From Tubulanus polymorphus (Eukaryota; Animalia; Nemertea): a DNA stretch of 64,000 nt. The notes beneath the pieces were generated by a model. That model was not told the DNA's origin and searched no databases. It saw only the letters and a program-made list of their open reading frames with translations. How positions within the stretch are numbered: position 1 is the stretch's first letter; every line of letters begins with the position of its first letter. Location of the stretch: the NCBI RefSeq assembly GCF_964204645.1, contig NC_134027.1, positions 18,128,560 to 18,192,559 of the forward strand. The letters are read 5' to 3'. Shown here one piece after another: positions 34,565 through 48,672 of this stretch. The translations under genes and the position numbers were made by a program.

Positions 34565-36337
34565 TTTTAAGCCCACTTGGGACTTAAGTCCCAGCGGGCT
34601 ATTGCCTTCACTTTTCGTCTGTCAGTCCGTCCATAGACGGAATCCAGTTATTTTGGGAAGTTTTGAAGACGCTTCAAGGTAATGTCTTGATATTTGGTTT
34701 ATGCATGTATCTACCCTAGACACATCTTCAACCAAAAAACTGGCCCTGTCAGAATCAAGATGGCCGACTGGCAGCCATTGTTGTTCGCCGAAATCAGCAC
34801 TTTTTACACGTTTTGAAATTTTGAAGACGCCTTGTTCATTTACCTTGATCTTTTGTATATACTTGAACTCCCCAGGGCCCATCAGCATAACAAAAATTGG
34901 GTCGATCGGACTGAAGATGGTCGTCCTATGACCTTTTAAATGCCCAAAAATGTCAATTTTGGCCCGAATTCTGAGTCCTGTAGCTTCCTACTGGTTTGCC
35001 ATTTCTCATTGCAATTGCTGATGGGTATTCTTTGGAAAGGGATGTTTTATACCTGACACAGGTATTTTTGATCAGCCAATTATGGCGCAATTGGCGGCCA
35101 TCTTGGTGTCATCAGTACTCATTCGTAGGTGGGAAAAAGTTTTTCGACATTATATTGATACCTAAGCATATTTTGTTACAACAATGAATTAGAAAGTTGT
35201 AGCTTAAAACGTGTTCTATGATTGTGGTGAGTTCAAGTTCATTGGTTTTTGTATATGGCCACCAAGGGGCGTTGAATAATACAATATCTTAGTATTTCTA
35301 TAGGCCTATTAGATTTGTACCAACACATATTTTGTTGCCACAATCGATTGCAAAGTTGTAGGCCTAGACGTATCGGCCCCACTCCGCGTGGTGGCGCCAC
35401 CCCGCGGGATTTACGCGAAGCAGCAGAACACAAACACGGCCACTCTCTAAATTTTCAATGGTAGAAATCGTGTGTGCATTTCAATTATTTCGGCTGTTAG
35501 GGTTTTAAGGCACAATATAAGTTGATGATGTGATATGGCGATGTTAATTAATGATAATTCCGCAGTGAAGCTAGTCACGAACGGTGCCGATTGAGTGTAC
35601 AGCTGCCAAAAACACTGAAATGTGCGTAGTTGCGTAACTATTTGCAGTGAATTGCAGAGGAAACATGAAACCTTAACGGCCGTTTAAAAAAAATTTATAC
35701 CAATCGCAATTGTAAAATAAAAATGAGATAGAACCTAAGTTAAAATTCTGGCCATTACTAAAATGTTATTAATTATTATTACTAATTTTTAGTCAGTGCG
35801 GAACGTTTAGTTTTCCAACAATAATGAGGGGTGGTAGGTAGTCATGCAATTCAAGTCATCATTTATTACACGTTACTTCCGTGTTGTTGAAAATCTCGCG
35901 AGTCCTGGACTAAACCCCAATGAACAATGTGATCTGTGTGCTGGCCACAAATGCACACAGATCACACTACACATTAAACACTCCAGTACCCACAGCTTTC
36001 ATATATCCATCCAAATATTTTGTGGCTTTCTTCCTGGTTCGTGACATGTTCTATGATTGTGGTGAGTTACAAGGTTATTGGGTTTTTAATGTGGTCACCA
36101 GGGGGCGTTGAATAGTAGAATAACTTAGTTTCCTTGTTAAATTGGTAACGAGACATATTTTGTTTTCAGAATCAATTACGAAATCGTAGCTGCTGACATG
36201 TTCTATGATTGTGGTGTTTTTCAAGGTCATTGGTTTTTTTATATGGTCACCAGGGGTAGTTGAATATTGAAATTGTTAGATTGTCGAGCATTTGAAACCA
36301 CTTTCCAAGTGGGCATGGTGTCCCTGGACCCCTAGTT
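34565..36337 (+). mobile_element. Non-autonomous Helentron/DINE-1-like element, family B
   Basis: 5' TTTT(A/T)AGCCCACTTGGGACTTAAGTCCC, GTCC microsatellite, internal repeats, 3' CCAAGTGGG..GTCCCTGGACCCCTAGTT. Partial copies near 33460 and 37990. Confidence 0.7.
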
Positions 36338-36419
36338 TATATATTTTTTTCTTGTTTAATTGTCAATGAAATGAATTTGTGCATACTGGTAGCCTACGTG
36401 GCAGATTTTTTTCTTCACA

Positions 36420-37205
36420 CCAGTTAAGCTAGCAGCTGGACCATTGGTCCTTTATTTGGATTTTATATGTAAAGCCTCTGATGGCGATTTCTATGTCATT
36501 TCTGCCAGAATCAATGATTGAAAAGTTGTTTTTTTAAAGAAAAGTTTGATGCACAATTTTCACATGATGTTAAATGTTCCTTTATCGCTAAAGGTGAAGT
36601 TCCATGCTCGTTTACCCTTGTGGTCAAATGTCGCATAGTTTTACCAATGTATGTGTTATTTGCATCACACAAACATTTGAATTTATAAATTACTCTGGCC
36701 AACAAGGGTGAAGGAGTATGGGACTTAAGCGAAAAGTAGTTCCTTATTTTGAAAGAAGTAAAGACAATTCGAATATCCACATTATAATATTGTTTGAATA
36801 AACCCTTAAGTTTTCTGCTAACTATGATTGAAGGAAGGCCTATGTAAGGAAAGGAAAAAAGTGTTTTGACCTTATCTTCCCTGACCATACTAGCGGGAGC
36901 ATCATCACTACATTTGTTATTCTAAAATCTTCTTAGAAACGCAGTAAAAAATCTTGTGGGTAGCCATTTTTGTGGAAAACGTTCTTGAGGCAATCAATTT
37001 CTTGTGAGAAAACAAACTACTGCTAATTGGTATATGCTCTATGGAGCAAACATTGGATTAAGCCAAATTTCCATTTTTGAGGACACAGCTGATAAGTTTA
37101 TAATCAAGCTTGTTGATTTTCTAAATACACGAGAAGTGAAGGTACCATCATCCGTTGTTGGGAGCGAAATATACGTATCTAGAAATGGACATGTATTTCT
37201 GAAGT
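36420..37205 (-). pseudogene. Penelope-like element fragment (RT C-terminus plus GIY-YIG endonuclease)
   Basis: PYIG...VIYKFKCLC..TYIGKTMRHLTTRVNEH. Confidence 0.82.
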
Positions 37206-37332
37206 AAATTTGAGATTTGAGTGTAGTGCAAAAAAGTCGCTTTATATATTAGAATTTATCCAAATTAATTGGTATATATCAGCTGATCTCCTGCTTCACT
37301 GTATTTTCAGATTCATATAGGCCTAACACGAA

Positions 37333-37977
37333 ATGATGTCTATGCAGTCAGTACTTGCAGATCGATTGACTCATTATGAAAAAAGCCTACGAAATGCTAA
37401 ATCCATATATAGAGACAGTGAAAAATGTTTGGAGGAGTTGGGTGCCAGGTTACTCAGTGCTGAGAATGTATGTGAGGCTATATTTGTTGACAGTACTAAA
37501 ATCAACGATTGTTTTATGATGAAACCAATAATATTGGTAGCAGGGCGAGTTAACTGTGGGAAAAGTTCTCTGTTAAATACACTTTTCAGAGATATTATAT
37601 TACCAGTTAAAGATATACCTTGTACAGCGCGAGTTGTGAGGGTTGTTCAGGTTAGCAAGGAAGAGAGAGAATATTTATGTTTTATTGACCAACAAGGTTT
37701 TAAAAAAGATATTGAGTATGTAGAAAACAGACAAACTATTTCTGAGAGTAAGAAAATAGCATTAACAGAAGAAGAAAGAAACCAAGACAATGAAGTTTTA
37801 CAAGTTGTTGAAGTTGGCTTGCATCACAGTCTGTTGGCTGCAGGTTTAACGCTGTTAGACTGCCCAGGACTCGATGAGAATAATACATTAGACAGTCGCG
37901 TTGAATCACTGTTGAAAGAAGGCCACATTACAACTGTGATATATGTCATCAATGGGAATGAAGGATTTAGAGAATCG
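37333..37977 (+). CDS. Host dynamin-like GTPase (DSTYK-N-like), coding exon 1
   Basis: G1 GRVNCGKS, G2 IPCT, G3 DCPG. Acceptor TTTTCAG at 37310, donor TCG|GTGAG (phase 0). Confidence 0.85.
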
Positions 37978-40274
37978 GTGAGCATCTTCCTTTTTAGCCC
38001 ACTTGGGACTTGAGTCCCAGCGGGCTATTGCGTTCACTTTTCGTCCGTCGTCCGTCCATCGGTAGACGGAATCCAGGAAGAAAGACACTAAATATTTGGA
38101 TGGATATATGGATGAGAATATGGTTATGATCTCACTCAATTGGTCCGGCGCGATCGGTAATCAGGTGAACCATAAAAGCGTTCAGTGCCTGTTTTACTTA
38201 TCGTCACGTAAAAGTATCGAATTTCATTGCATATTCATTGCAACACAGTGATTTTGTATCTACATTTTTACTACGATGAGTGTGTATGTATTTCATCGAT
38301 CGGTTGCAGACACGCTCGTGCGGCAACAGTAGTAATGTATATAGGCCTACTTACTGTTGCCGCGCGTGTGTGGCGAACGTCTTCGGATATTATACACTAC
38401 TGGATGATGATTTTTAGTGAGCATTCATCGGCGCATTTTTACTGCAATAATTCAGGGCTCGACCTGTAATGCATGAATGCTGAATGTCATCGAATGAGGA
38501 TGTACCACATTGGAACTAGCCATTACCTTCCAAAATATAAAAGTCGTTCATGGGTTCAAGATCGCTCTAAGTGCTCGGAAACACAGTGATTTTGTATCTA
38601 CATTTGTACTACGATGAGTGTGTATGTATTTCATAAACCGGTTGCCGACACGCGCGTGCAACAATAATTCAGGGCTCGACCTGTAATGCATGAATGCTGA
38701 ATGTCATCGAATGAGGATGTACCACATTGGAACTAGCCATTACCTTCCAAAATATAATAGTCGTTCATGGGTTCAAGATCGCTCTAAGAGCTCGGAAAAC
38801 GCATTTAATTTCTAAAATTTTCTTGGTGGAGGGCCCCCAAACCCCCCAACTATAATGCTGCCTGACATTAATGAGTTGGTGCCTGCCATTTACATGGCAG
38901 GCACCAACTGTATGGTGCCTGACATAAATGATTTTGGTGCCTGCCATTGAGCAAGGTGCTACTGTCTACTGTTTTATAGAGAATTTCCTAATTACTAACA
39001 TTAAAAACATATGAAGAATTGCACACAACCTTTATTAGGGTTTTCTGACTTTCGTCGAAAACCCTCTTGAAATTCTGTTGATTGTTATTATTATTTATTT
39101 TCCGCCGATTTCGTCAAATAAAATTCATCTTCATTCAGATTCGGCAACTGACAGCTTCGAAACGAAATGTATAAATTGATACTGTAATAACGGTCTCTCT
39201 GAACCAACAGATTGTCTGAATGTACTTTCCATCCTATTTGAAACTTAAAATTACTTATTAGGTTACTGTAAAAAAAGAATTGAATTGAATTGTTAGACAA
39301 CGAGCACCGGCGAAATAACAGTTTGTGACGTCATTTAGTAAGTAAATAAAGGAGGGCTCCGAGAATTTCCAAATCACGGGGACTATACTGGGGTTAGACC
39401 ATTCAACCAAAAAGAGGATTGCTCCGATAATATCCAAATCATCTCATTTTATTTTTTCCATCGAATACCCGGTAATTAATTTTTCCTTTCGATCACATGC
39501 ATCCAGAAAACCCGTTATCGCTGCTTTGCAGCTATATTTAATATTGGAACTTCAACATTAAAATTTACTTTCACAATACCATAAAATCTCTAACAGCAAT
39601 CAGGATGAACCTTACCAACTATACCATAAAATCAATCTCTAATAACAGCAAACGAAACCGGAACCATCAACAGGCGATAGAATACACACAGATTTTTACC
39701 CAAAATATCGTGATCGGCTTATTGGGCGGATACGATCTGACATAAAAAATCACTTCCTGATCTATGCCACTCTAATGCTCTCAATGATCGTCAAAATCAA
39801 GAAAAGTGGTCGATATTTATTTGAGGTCATTATTTACTACCAATTATAATCTATTTTGAACTATTTTATTTTTACTTTGATTGTTCCATCACCGCACAGC
39901 GGCAATGGTATACATTTATATGACGCGCGAGTTCATCGTACTACCACGTGTCAGTTCATACATTAGTATATATGCAAATCAGCAGTGAGCCGCGTACTGC
40001 GTGTATGGCTGTGTGTATAGTAATCAGCTGAGTGAGTCTATATATAGCACAGTCACTCGGCGATGATAGTATACACAGCACTCTCACACATCGGCGGGCG
40101 CTACTGTCAGCCTCTTAAATCGTCAATTAAGACGAACTAATTGACAAATCAGTGAATTAAAATCTCTGATGAAGGGCCTCGGCTTATTGGGCGAAGCTTT
40201 ATGAAATCCATGTATTTTAGGCTAAAAAACTGCCCTCGGCTTATTGGCCGAGTCGGCTTATTGGCCGGAAAATA

Positions 40275-40790
40275 CGGTACAACAAATTTCGTCAGCGTTT
40301 TGTCGGAGCAATACATTTGTCCTTGTACCTGATAGTAATACGGATGAGTTTTACTCAGGTTGAAAAAAGTTCCTGACTTCGAAAGATACGGCACTGTTGT
40401 TTCATTGATGTGAAAATTGCGTGCTGAATATGGACATTTCTCCTCGATTAGAGTGTCCCCATCAATTAAGCCATCCGGACTAGCCGCAAGCATCAGTTTC
40501 TGTTTCGATACAAACAAGCCACAATTAGCCAGTCATTTTTTCGAATTTTCGAATAGCTATTTTTTCAAATTTCTTTCCATGCTGTAAAGCATTGCTATTT
40601 ATATCAGTTGAAGACATCATATTTTTCAATAATGCCTCCACGTCTCTCCGCTCAGTAATCTTACAAATAATTCCGAAATTCGACGCAGTGATCCTCTTTT
40701 GGCGCTCGGCTTTCCATAATTTAGAATCACTCTGAGCCCTTGTATTCGTTTCGATTTCTGCAATTTCACAGTCCGTGATGGATGAAACCT
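40275..40790 (-). pseudogene. YqaJ/lambda-exonuclease-like fragment, probably transposon-derived
   Basis: RITASNFG, ASPDGL, EEKCPY and YYYQVQGQM motifs. Truncated by a Tc1/mariner-like end (..GGAAAATACGGTA at ~40279). Confidence 0.72.
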
Positions 40791-42510
40791 GAAAAAAAAA
40801 AATTATGTTACATGTGCATGTTCAATGTTTTAACAATGAAAAGCTGTAATTGAATGAAATATCACCTTGGATTTAACAAGAAAGTCTTCTTCCATTGATA
40901 ATTTGGAGTAGTCGTGATCCATCGCTATAGATTCGATATCAGCTGGTGGAAAAAGTTGCACTATAGGCCTCCTAGTCCCATCCTGAATCAACAAAAGAAT
41001 CTGTTGTACATGAGACTAGTGTATATAAAAATGTTTTCACTAAGCAGGGATTAACGTAAAAACAAACCTGAATATTTAGGGTTTTCTGTTATTTCACAGA
41101 AAACCCTAATGATATCCGCGTGATTATTATTATTAGGGTTTTCTGTTATTTCACAGAAAACCCTATTGATATCCGCGTGATTATTATTATTATTATTTTC
41201 TTCCACACTATTTTTACCAAAAGAACATAGGCTTTGTTACCTTACCGCTGTTTCATATACAATCCATATAATATCGTTCAGCTCACTGAGATCTACAAAT
41301 AGCCCGCGTGTTTTTTCATGAATCATCGTTACAAAAGCGCTGTCGGGCCGTAAACATCGAAAATTTAGCCCCATTCAATGGGGCGACATGTTTTTCGAGT
41401 CGTCATCCCGAAATCAACCCGCAGGCCGACTGTCACTTCGATTATCAATTCAAGTATAAATGAACTAATTTATTGCCGCAGACTTCAAATTCAGTCGCGG
41501 TCTTCAAACAGTGATTTTAACAATAGCCCATTTTCTTCATCAAATCATATTACCGATACACTGGAAATTTACTACTTTAGATTTTAAAAGCACTGTCGAG
41601 CCGTAAACATCGACGTGTGTTACTACATCGTCGTTCCGGGGATCAGCTGCGAGTTTCTCCTCATCATGAGAATCAAATCGAGTACAAATTAATTTATTAC
41701 TACCAGTAATTTGGCTGCGGGTTTCAAGGAGTTAGTATAACAATACCTATTTTTCTTTACCGAATTAACCGAGTATTTACTAAGATGAATCTTTAGTGTA
41801 CCGAGGAATCGTAGGCCTAAACTAAACACGCCGAAGAGATATAGCGGAGAAAAGCTGTTATGTCGACGAGGTATCAAAATAAAAGAATATATTACTTTAT
41901 TCGGCCGCGGGCTTCAACCTCTATATCAATACCATCAATACTCTATATTTCCTACAGTACATACCGATCATTGTCAAATGCACAAGGTATTTACAAAATA
42001 CAAGTATATAACACATAATCCTTTCCGTATGCTGGACTCACACTTGACATTCGGAGTAAGCGTTCGCTGTGGGGGAAAGGGATCGTTCGCTGTGTCGCTT
42101 GAAGTGTTTATCGAGTTTGACGCGGCTTTAGGCCTACCGGTACTGAGCTTTACTGTCTCAAACAAACACAGTACAATTGTTGCGTTTATTAACGGACTCA
42201 TTGGATTGAACTTGAAAACAAAATTTACGATATTTAGGTGGGTTGTTGAATTCAATAGGCCTACGACCAATCTGTCCGGATGTTAGGCCTACGCATATAC
42301 ATAGGCTAGTAGCATCTACTAGGTTAAGCGTTCGCTGTGGGGGAAAGGAGATCGTTCGCTGTGTCGCTTGAAGTGTTTATCGAGTTTTACGCGACCTTAA
42401 GGCTTTAGTATGGTGTCTGATAAGGGCCATGCGTAAAAAAAATATGTATATGCAAATGAGGGCGACATTATGACAAAACGACAAAACTAAAATAACGCGA
42501 CAAAACAATA

Positions 42511-45500
42511 ATTTTGGTTTTGTCGCCCGCGACAATTCATTATTTTGGTTTTATCGCCCGCGACAATTCATTATTTTGGTTTATCGCCCGCGACAATTCA
42601 TTAATTTGGTTTTGTCACCCGCGACAAATCAATATTTTGGTTTTGTCGCTCATGACAATTCAAAATTTTGGTTTTATCGCCCGCGACAATTCATTATTTT
42701 GGTTTTGTCGCCCGAGACAATTCATCATTTTGGTTCTATCGCCCGCGACAATTCATTATTTTGGTTTTGTCGCCCGCGACAATTCACCATTTTGGTTTTG
42801 TCGCCTGGACAATTCACCATTTTGGTTTTGTCGCCCCCACAATTCACCATTTTGGTTTTGTCGCCCCCACAATTCTTTTTTTGGTTTTGTCGCCCGCGAC
42901 AATTCAATATTTTGGTTTTTATCACCCGCGACAATTCATTACTTTGGTTTCATCTCCAGCGACAATTCATTATTTTGCTTTTGTCGCCCGCGATAATTCA
43001 TTATTTTGGTTTTGTCGCCCCGACAATTCTTTTTTTGGTTTTGTCGCCTGCGACAATTCATAAGTTTGGTTTTATCACCCGTGACAATTCATTATTTTGG
43101 TTTTGTCGCCCCGACAATTCTTTTTTTGGTTTTGTCGCCAGCGACAATTCATTAGTTTGGTTTTGTCGCCCGCGACAATTCATTACTTTGGTTTTATCTC
43201 CAGCGACAATTCATTATTTTGGTTTAATCGCCCGCGACAATTCAATATTTTGGTTTTATCGCCCGCGATAATTCATTATTTTGGTTTTATCGCCCGCGAA
43301 AATTCATTATTTTAGTTTTGTCGCCCGAGACAATTCATCATTTTGGTTTTGTCGCCCGCGATAATTCATTATTTTGGTTTTATCGCCTGCGACAATTCAT
43401 TATTTTAGTTTTGTCGCCCGAGACAATTCATCATTTTGGTTCTATCGCCCAAGACAATTCATTATTTTGGTTTTGTCGCCCGCGACAATTCACCATTTTG
43501 GTTTTGTCGCCTGGACAATTCACCATTTTGGTTTTGTCGCCTGGACAATTCACCATTTTGGTTTTGTCGCCCCCACAATTCTTTTTTTGGTTTTGTCGCC
43601 CGCGACAATTCAATATTTTGGTTTTATCGCCAGCGAAAATTCATTATTTTGGTTTTGTCGCCCGCGACAATTCTTTTTGGTTTTATCGCCCGCGACGATT
43701 CATTATTTTGGTTTTATCGCCCGCGACAATTCATTATTTACGTTTTATCGCCCGCGACAATTCATTATTTTGGTTTTGTCGCCCCGACAATTCTTTTTTT
43801 GGTTTTGTTGCCTGCGACAATTCATAAGTTTGGTTTTGTCGCCCGCGACAATTCAATATTTTGGTTTTGTCGCCCGCGACAATTCAATATTTTGGTTTTG
43901 TCGCCTGCGACAATTCATTACTTTGGTTTTATCTCCAGCGACAATTCATTATTTTGGTTTTATATTTTGTTTGAGTCTCCCGCGACCATTTTTTTTGGTT
44001 TTGTCGCCCGCGACAATTCAATATTTTGGTTTTGTCGCCCGCGACAATTCATTATTTTGGTTTAATCGCCCGCGACAATTCAATATTTTGGTATTATCGC
44101 CCGCGATAATTCATTATTTTGGTTTTATCGCCCGCGACAATTCATTATTTTGGTTTTGTCGCCCGAGACAATTCATCATTTTGGTTTTATCGCCCGCGAC
44201 AATTCATTCTTTTGGTTTTGTCGCCTGCGACAATTCACCATTTTGGTTTTGTCGCCCGGACAATTCATTATTTTGGTTTTATCGCCCCCACAATTCTTTT
44301 TTTGGTTTTTTCGCCCGCGACAATTCAATATTTTGGTTTAATCGCCCGCGATAATTCATTTTTTTGGTTTTATCGCCGGCGACAATTCATTATTTTGGTT
44401 TTGTCGCCCGAGACAATTCATCATTTTGGTTTTATCGCCCGCGACAATTCATTATTTTGGTTTTGTAGCCCGCGACAATTCACCATTTTGGTTTTGTCCC
44501 CTGGACAATTCACCATTTTGGTTTTGTCGCCCGCGACAATTCATTATTTTGGTTTTGTCGCCCCCACAATTCTTTTTTTGGTTTTGTCGCCCGCGACAAT
44601 TCAATATTTTGGTTTTGTCGCCCGCGACAATTCATTATTTTGGTTTAATCACCCGCGACAATTCAATATTTTGGTTTTATCGCCCACGACAATTCAATAT
44701 CTTGGTTTTATCGCCAGCGACAATTCTTTTTTTGGTTTTGTCGCCCGCGACAATTCATTATTTTGGTTTTGTCGCCCGCGACAATTCAATATTTTGGTTT
44801 TGTCGCCCGCGAAAATTCAATATTTTCGTTTTATCGCCCACGACAATTCACTACTTTGGTTTTGTCTCCAGCGACAATTCATTATTTTGGTTTAATTGCC
44901 CGCGACATTTCTTCTTTTTGGTTTTGTCACCCGCGACAATTCATTATTTTGGTTTTGTCGTCCCGACAATTCTTTTTTTCGCTTTTGTGGCCCGCGACAA
45001 TTCATTAGTTTGGTTTTGTCGCCCGCGACAATTCAATATTTTGGTTTTATCGCCCACGACAATTCATTACTTTGGTTTTGTCTCCAGCGACAATTCATTA
45101 TTTTGGTTTTGTCGCCCGCGACAATTCTTCTTTTTGGTTTTGTCGCTCGCGACAATTCATTATTTTGGTTTTATATTTTGTTTTAGTCGCCCGCGACAAT
45201 TTTTTTTTTTCGTTTTGCGACATTTCATTATTTTGGTTTAATCGCCTGCGACAATTCAATATTTTGGTTTTTTCGCCTGCGACAATTCATTATTTTAGTT
45301 TTGTCGCCCGAGACAATTCATCATTTTGGTTCTATCGCCCGCGACAATTCATTATTTTGGTTTTGTCGCCCGCGACAATTCACCATTTTGGTTTTGTCGC
45401 CTGGACAATTCACCATTCGCGCCCCCACAATTCTTTTTCTGGTTTTGTCACCCGCGACAATTCATTATTTTGGTTTTGTCGCCCGCGACAATTCAATATT

Positions 45501-46400
45501 TTGGTTTTGTCGCCCGCGACAATTCAATATTTTGGTTTAGTCGCCCGCGACAATTCAATATTTTGGTTTTGTCGCCTGCGACAATTCATTACTTTGGTTT
45601 TATCTCCAGCGACAATTCATTATTTTGGTTTTTTCGCCCGCGACAATTCTTCTTTTTGGTTTTGTCGCCCGCGACAATTCATTATTTTGGTTTTATATTT
45701 TGTTTGAGTCGCCCGCGACAATTTTTTTTGGTTTTGTCGCCCGCGACAATTCAATATTTTGGTTTTGTCCCCCGCGACAATTCATTATTTTGGTTTAATC
45801 TCCCACGACAATTCAATATTTTGGTTTTATCGCCCGCGATAATTCATTATTTTGGTTTTATCACCCGCGACAATTCATTATTTTGGTTTTGTTGCCCCCA
45901 CAATAGTTTTTTTGTTTTTTTCGCCCGCGACAATTCGTTAGTTTGGTTTTGTCGCCTGCGACAATTCAATATTTTGGTTTTATCACCCACGACAATTCAT
46001 TACTTTGGTTTTATCTCCAGCGACAATTCATTATTTTGGTTTTGTCGCCCGCGACAATTCTTCTTTTGGTTTTGACGCCCACGACAATTCATTTTTTTGG
46101 TTTTATATTTTGTTTTTGTCGCCCGCGACAATTTTTTTTTTTTGGTTTTGTCGCCCGCGACAATTCATTATTTTGGTTTTATCGTCCGCGATAATTCATT
46201 ATTTTGGTTTTATTGCCTGCGACAATTCATTATTTTGGTTTTGTCGCACGAGACAATTCATTATTTTGGTTTTATCGCTCGCGATAATTCATTATTTTGG
46301 TTTTATTGCCTGCGACAATTCATTATTTTGGTTTTGTCGCACGAGACAATTCATTATTTTGGTTTTATCGCCCGCGACAATTCATTATTTTGGTTTTGTC
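42511..46400. repeat. Tandem satellite, ~31-bp unit TTTTGGTTTTGTCGCCCGCGACAATTCATTA, about 125 copies
   Basis: Read directly. Units abut without unique spacers, and variant blocks recur. Confidence 0.97.
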
Positions 46401-46404
46401 GGCC

Positions 46405-48356
46405 GAAGAAAATTTTGAAGACGCTTTGATCAATTACCTTGATCTTTCGTTTATATTTGAATCTACCAAAGGCCCATCAGCATAAGAAAATTGGGTCGAT
46501 CTGACTCAAGATGGCCGTCCTATGACCTTTTTAGTGCCCAAAAATGTCAATTTTGGCCAGAATTCTAGGTCCTGTAGCTTCCTACTGGTTTGCCATTTCT
46601 CATTGCAATTGCTGATGGATATTCTTTAGAGAGGGATGTTTTATACCTGGGACAGGTATTTTTGATCAGCCAATTATGACGCAATTGGCGGCCATCTTGG
46701 TGGGAAAAAGTTTTTCCACAATTAATTGATACCTTAGCATATTGTGTTACTATATTCAATTGGAAAGTTGTAGCCCATAACGTGTTGTATGATTTTGGTG
46801 AGTTTCAAGGTCATTGGTTTTTGTATGTGGCCATCAGGGGGCGTTGAATAATACAATAACTTAGTATCGCTATATTATATTTGTACCAAGGCATATTTTG
46901 TTACCATGATCGATGGCAAAGTTGTAGTTCATGACATCGTCTATGATTGTGGTGAGTTTTTAAGGACATTAGTTATTCCATATAGTCACCAGGGGGCGTT
47001 GAATAGTAGAAAAGCTTAGTTTTTCCTTATTAGATTGGTACCTAGGCATAGTTTGTTACCATGATCCATTGCAAAGTTGTAGTTCATGACATCGTCGATG
47101 ATTGTGGTGAGTTTTTAAGGACATTAGTTATTCCATATAGTCACCAGGGGGCGCTGAATAGTAGAATGGCTTAGTATTTCCTTATTAGATTGGTACCTAG
47201 GCATATTTTGTTACTATGATCAATTGCAAAGTTTTATTTCATGACATGTACTACGATTGTGGTGAGTTTTAAGGTCACTGGGTTTTGCATATGGTCACCA
47301 GGGGGCGTTGAATAGTTGAATAACTTATAGTATTTCCATATTAAAGTTTTGAACACGCTTCAAGGTAATGTCTTGATATTTGGTTTATACATGTATCTAC
47401 CCTAGACACATCGTCAGCCCAAAAACTGGCCCTGTCAGATTCAAGATGGCCGACTGGCAGCCATTGCTGTTTGCCAAAATCAGCACTTTTTAAACATTTT
47501 CGAAGTTTTCGTGGGAAATTTTGAAGACGCTTTGATCAATTACCTTGATCTTTCGTTTATATTTGAATCTACCAAAGGCCCATCAGCATAAGAAAATTGG
47601 GTCGATCTGACTCAAGATGGCCGTCCTATGACCTTTTTAGTGTCCAAAAATGTCAATTTTGGCCAGAATTCTAGGTCCTGTAGCTTCCTACTGGTTTGCC
47701 ATTTCTCATTGCAACTGCTGATGGATATTCTTTAGAGAGGGATGTTTTATACCTGGGATAGGTATTTTTGATCAGCCAATTATGAAGCAATTGGCAGCCA
47801 TCTTGGTGTCATCAGTACTCATTCGTAGGTGGGAAAAAGTTTTTCCACAATTAATTGATACCTAAGCATATTGTGTTACTATATTCAATTGGAAAGTTGT
47901 AGCCCATAACGTGTTCTATGATTTTGGTGAGTTTCAAGGTCATTGGTTTTTGTATGTGACCATCAGGGGGCGTTGAATAATACAATAACTTAGTATCGCT
48001 ATATTATATTTGTACCAAGGCATATTTTGTTACCATGATCAATGGCAAAGTTGTAGTTCGTGACATCGTCTATGATTGTGGTGAGTTTTTAAGGACATTA
48101 GTTATTCCATATAGTCACCAGGGGGCGTTGAATAGTAGAAAAGCTTAGTTTTTCCTTATTAGATTGGTACCTAGGCATAGTTTGTTACCATGATCCATTG
48201 CAAAGTTGTAGTTCATGACATCGTCTATGATAGTGGTGAGTTTTTAAGGACATTAGTTATTCCATATAGTCACCAGGGGGCTCTTTGGTAGAATGGCTTA
48301 GTATTTCCTTATTAGATTGGTACCTAGGCATATTTTGTTACTATGATCAATTGCAA
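46405..48356 (+). mobile_element. Two tandem internal segments of Helentron-like family B
   Basis: 46410-47340 repeats at ~47515-48356 and matches 49944-51192. Contains ~155-bp internal repeats. Confidence 0.75.
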
Positions 48357-48513
48357 AAACACATTATTATTCGAAAATGGAATTATTAAATTCGTGGAAT
48401 CAGTTGTTAAGCTGAAAAAAGAAATACGGTTATGATTGGGCCAGGATAAAGACAAAGCAATAAGTAACCTGGCAGACTAGGTTGAGGCAAATGTATGATT
48501 CATCAGTGGAACA

Positions 48514-48672
48514 CTGACCAAGGCTACAATATTGTAACCTAGGTCGGTTGACTCGCGCGGATTTATCTGCATACACTGACCGAGGCTACAATATTGTAAC
48601 CTAGGTCGGTTGACTTGCGCAGATTTATCTGCATACACTGACCGAGGCTACAATATTGTAACCTAGGTCGGT
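48514..48672. repeat. ~60-bp tandem repeat, 3 copies
   Basis: ACACTGACC(A/G)AGGCTACAATATTGTAACCTAGGTCGGTT occurs three times. Confidence 0.8.

Noticed and set aside
42511-46400. CRISPR array (palindromic ~30-bp repeats)
   Set aside because: Units are contiguous with no unique spacers, there are no cas genes, and the context is eukaryotic.
42514-46485. Many overlapping ORFs in the satellite
   Set aside because: By-products of a stop-poor 31-bp unit cycling through all three frames.
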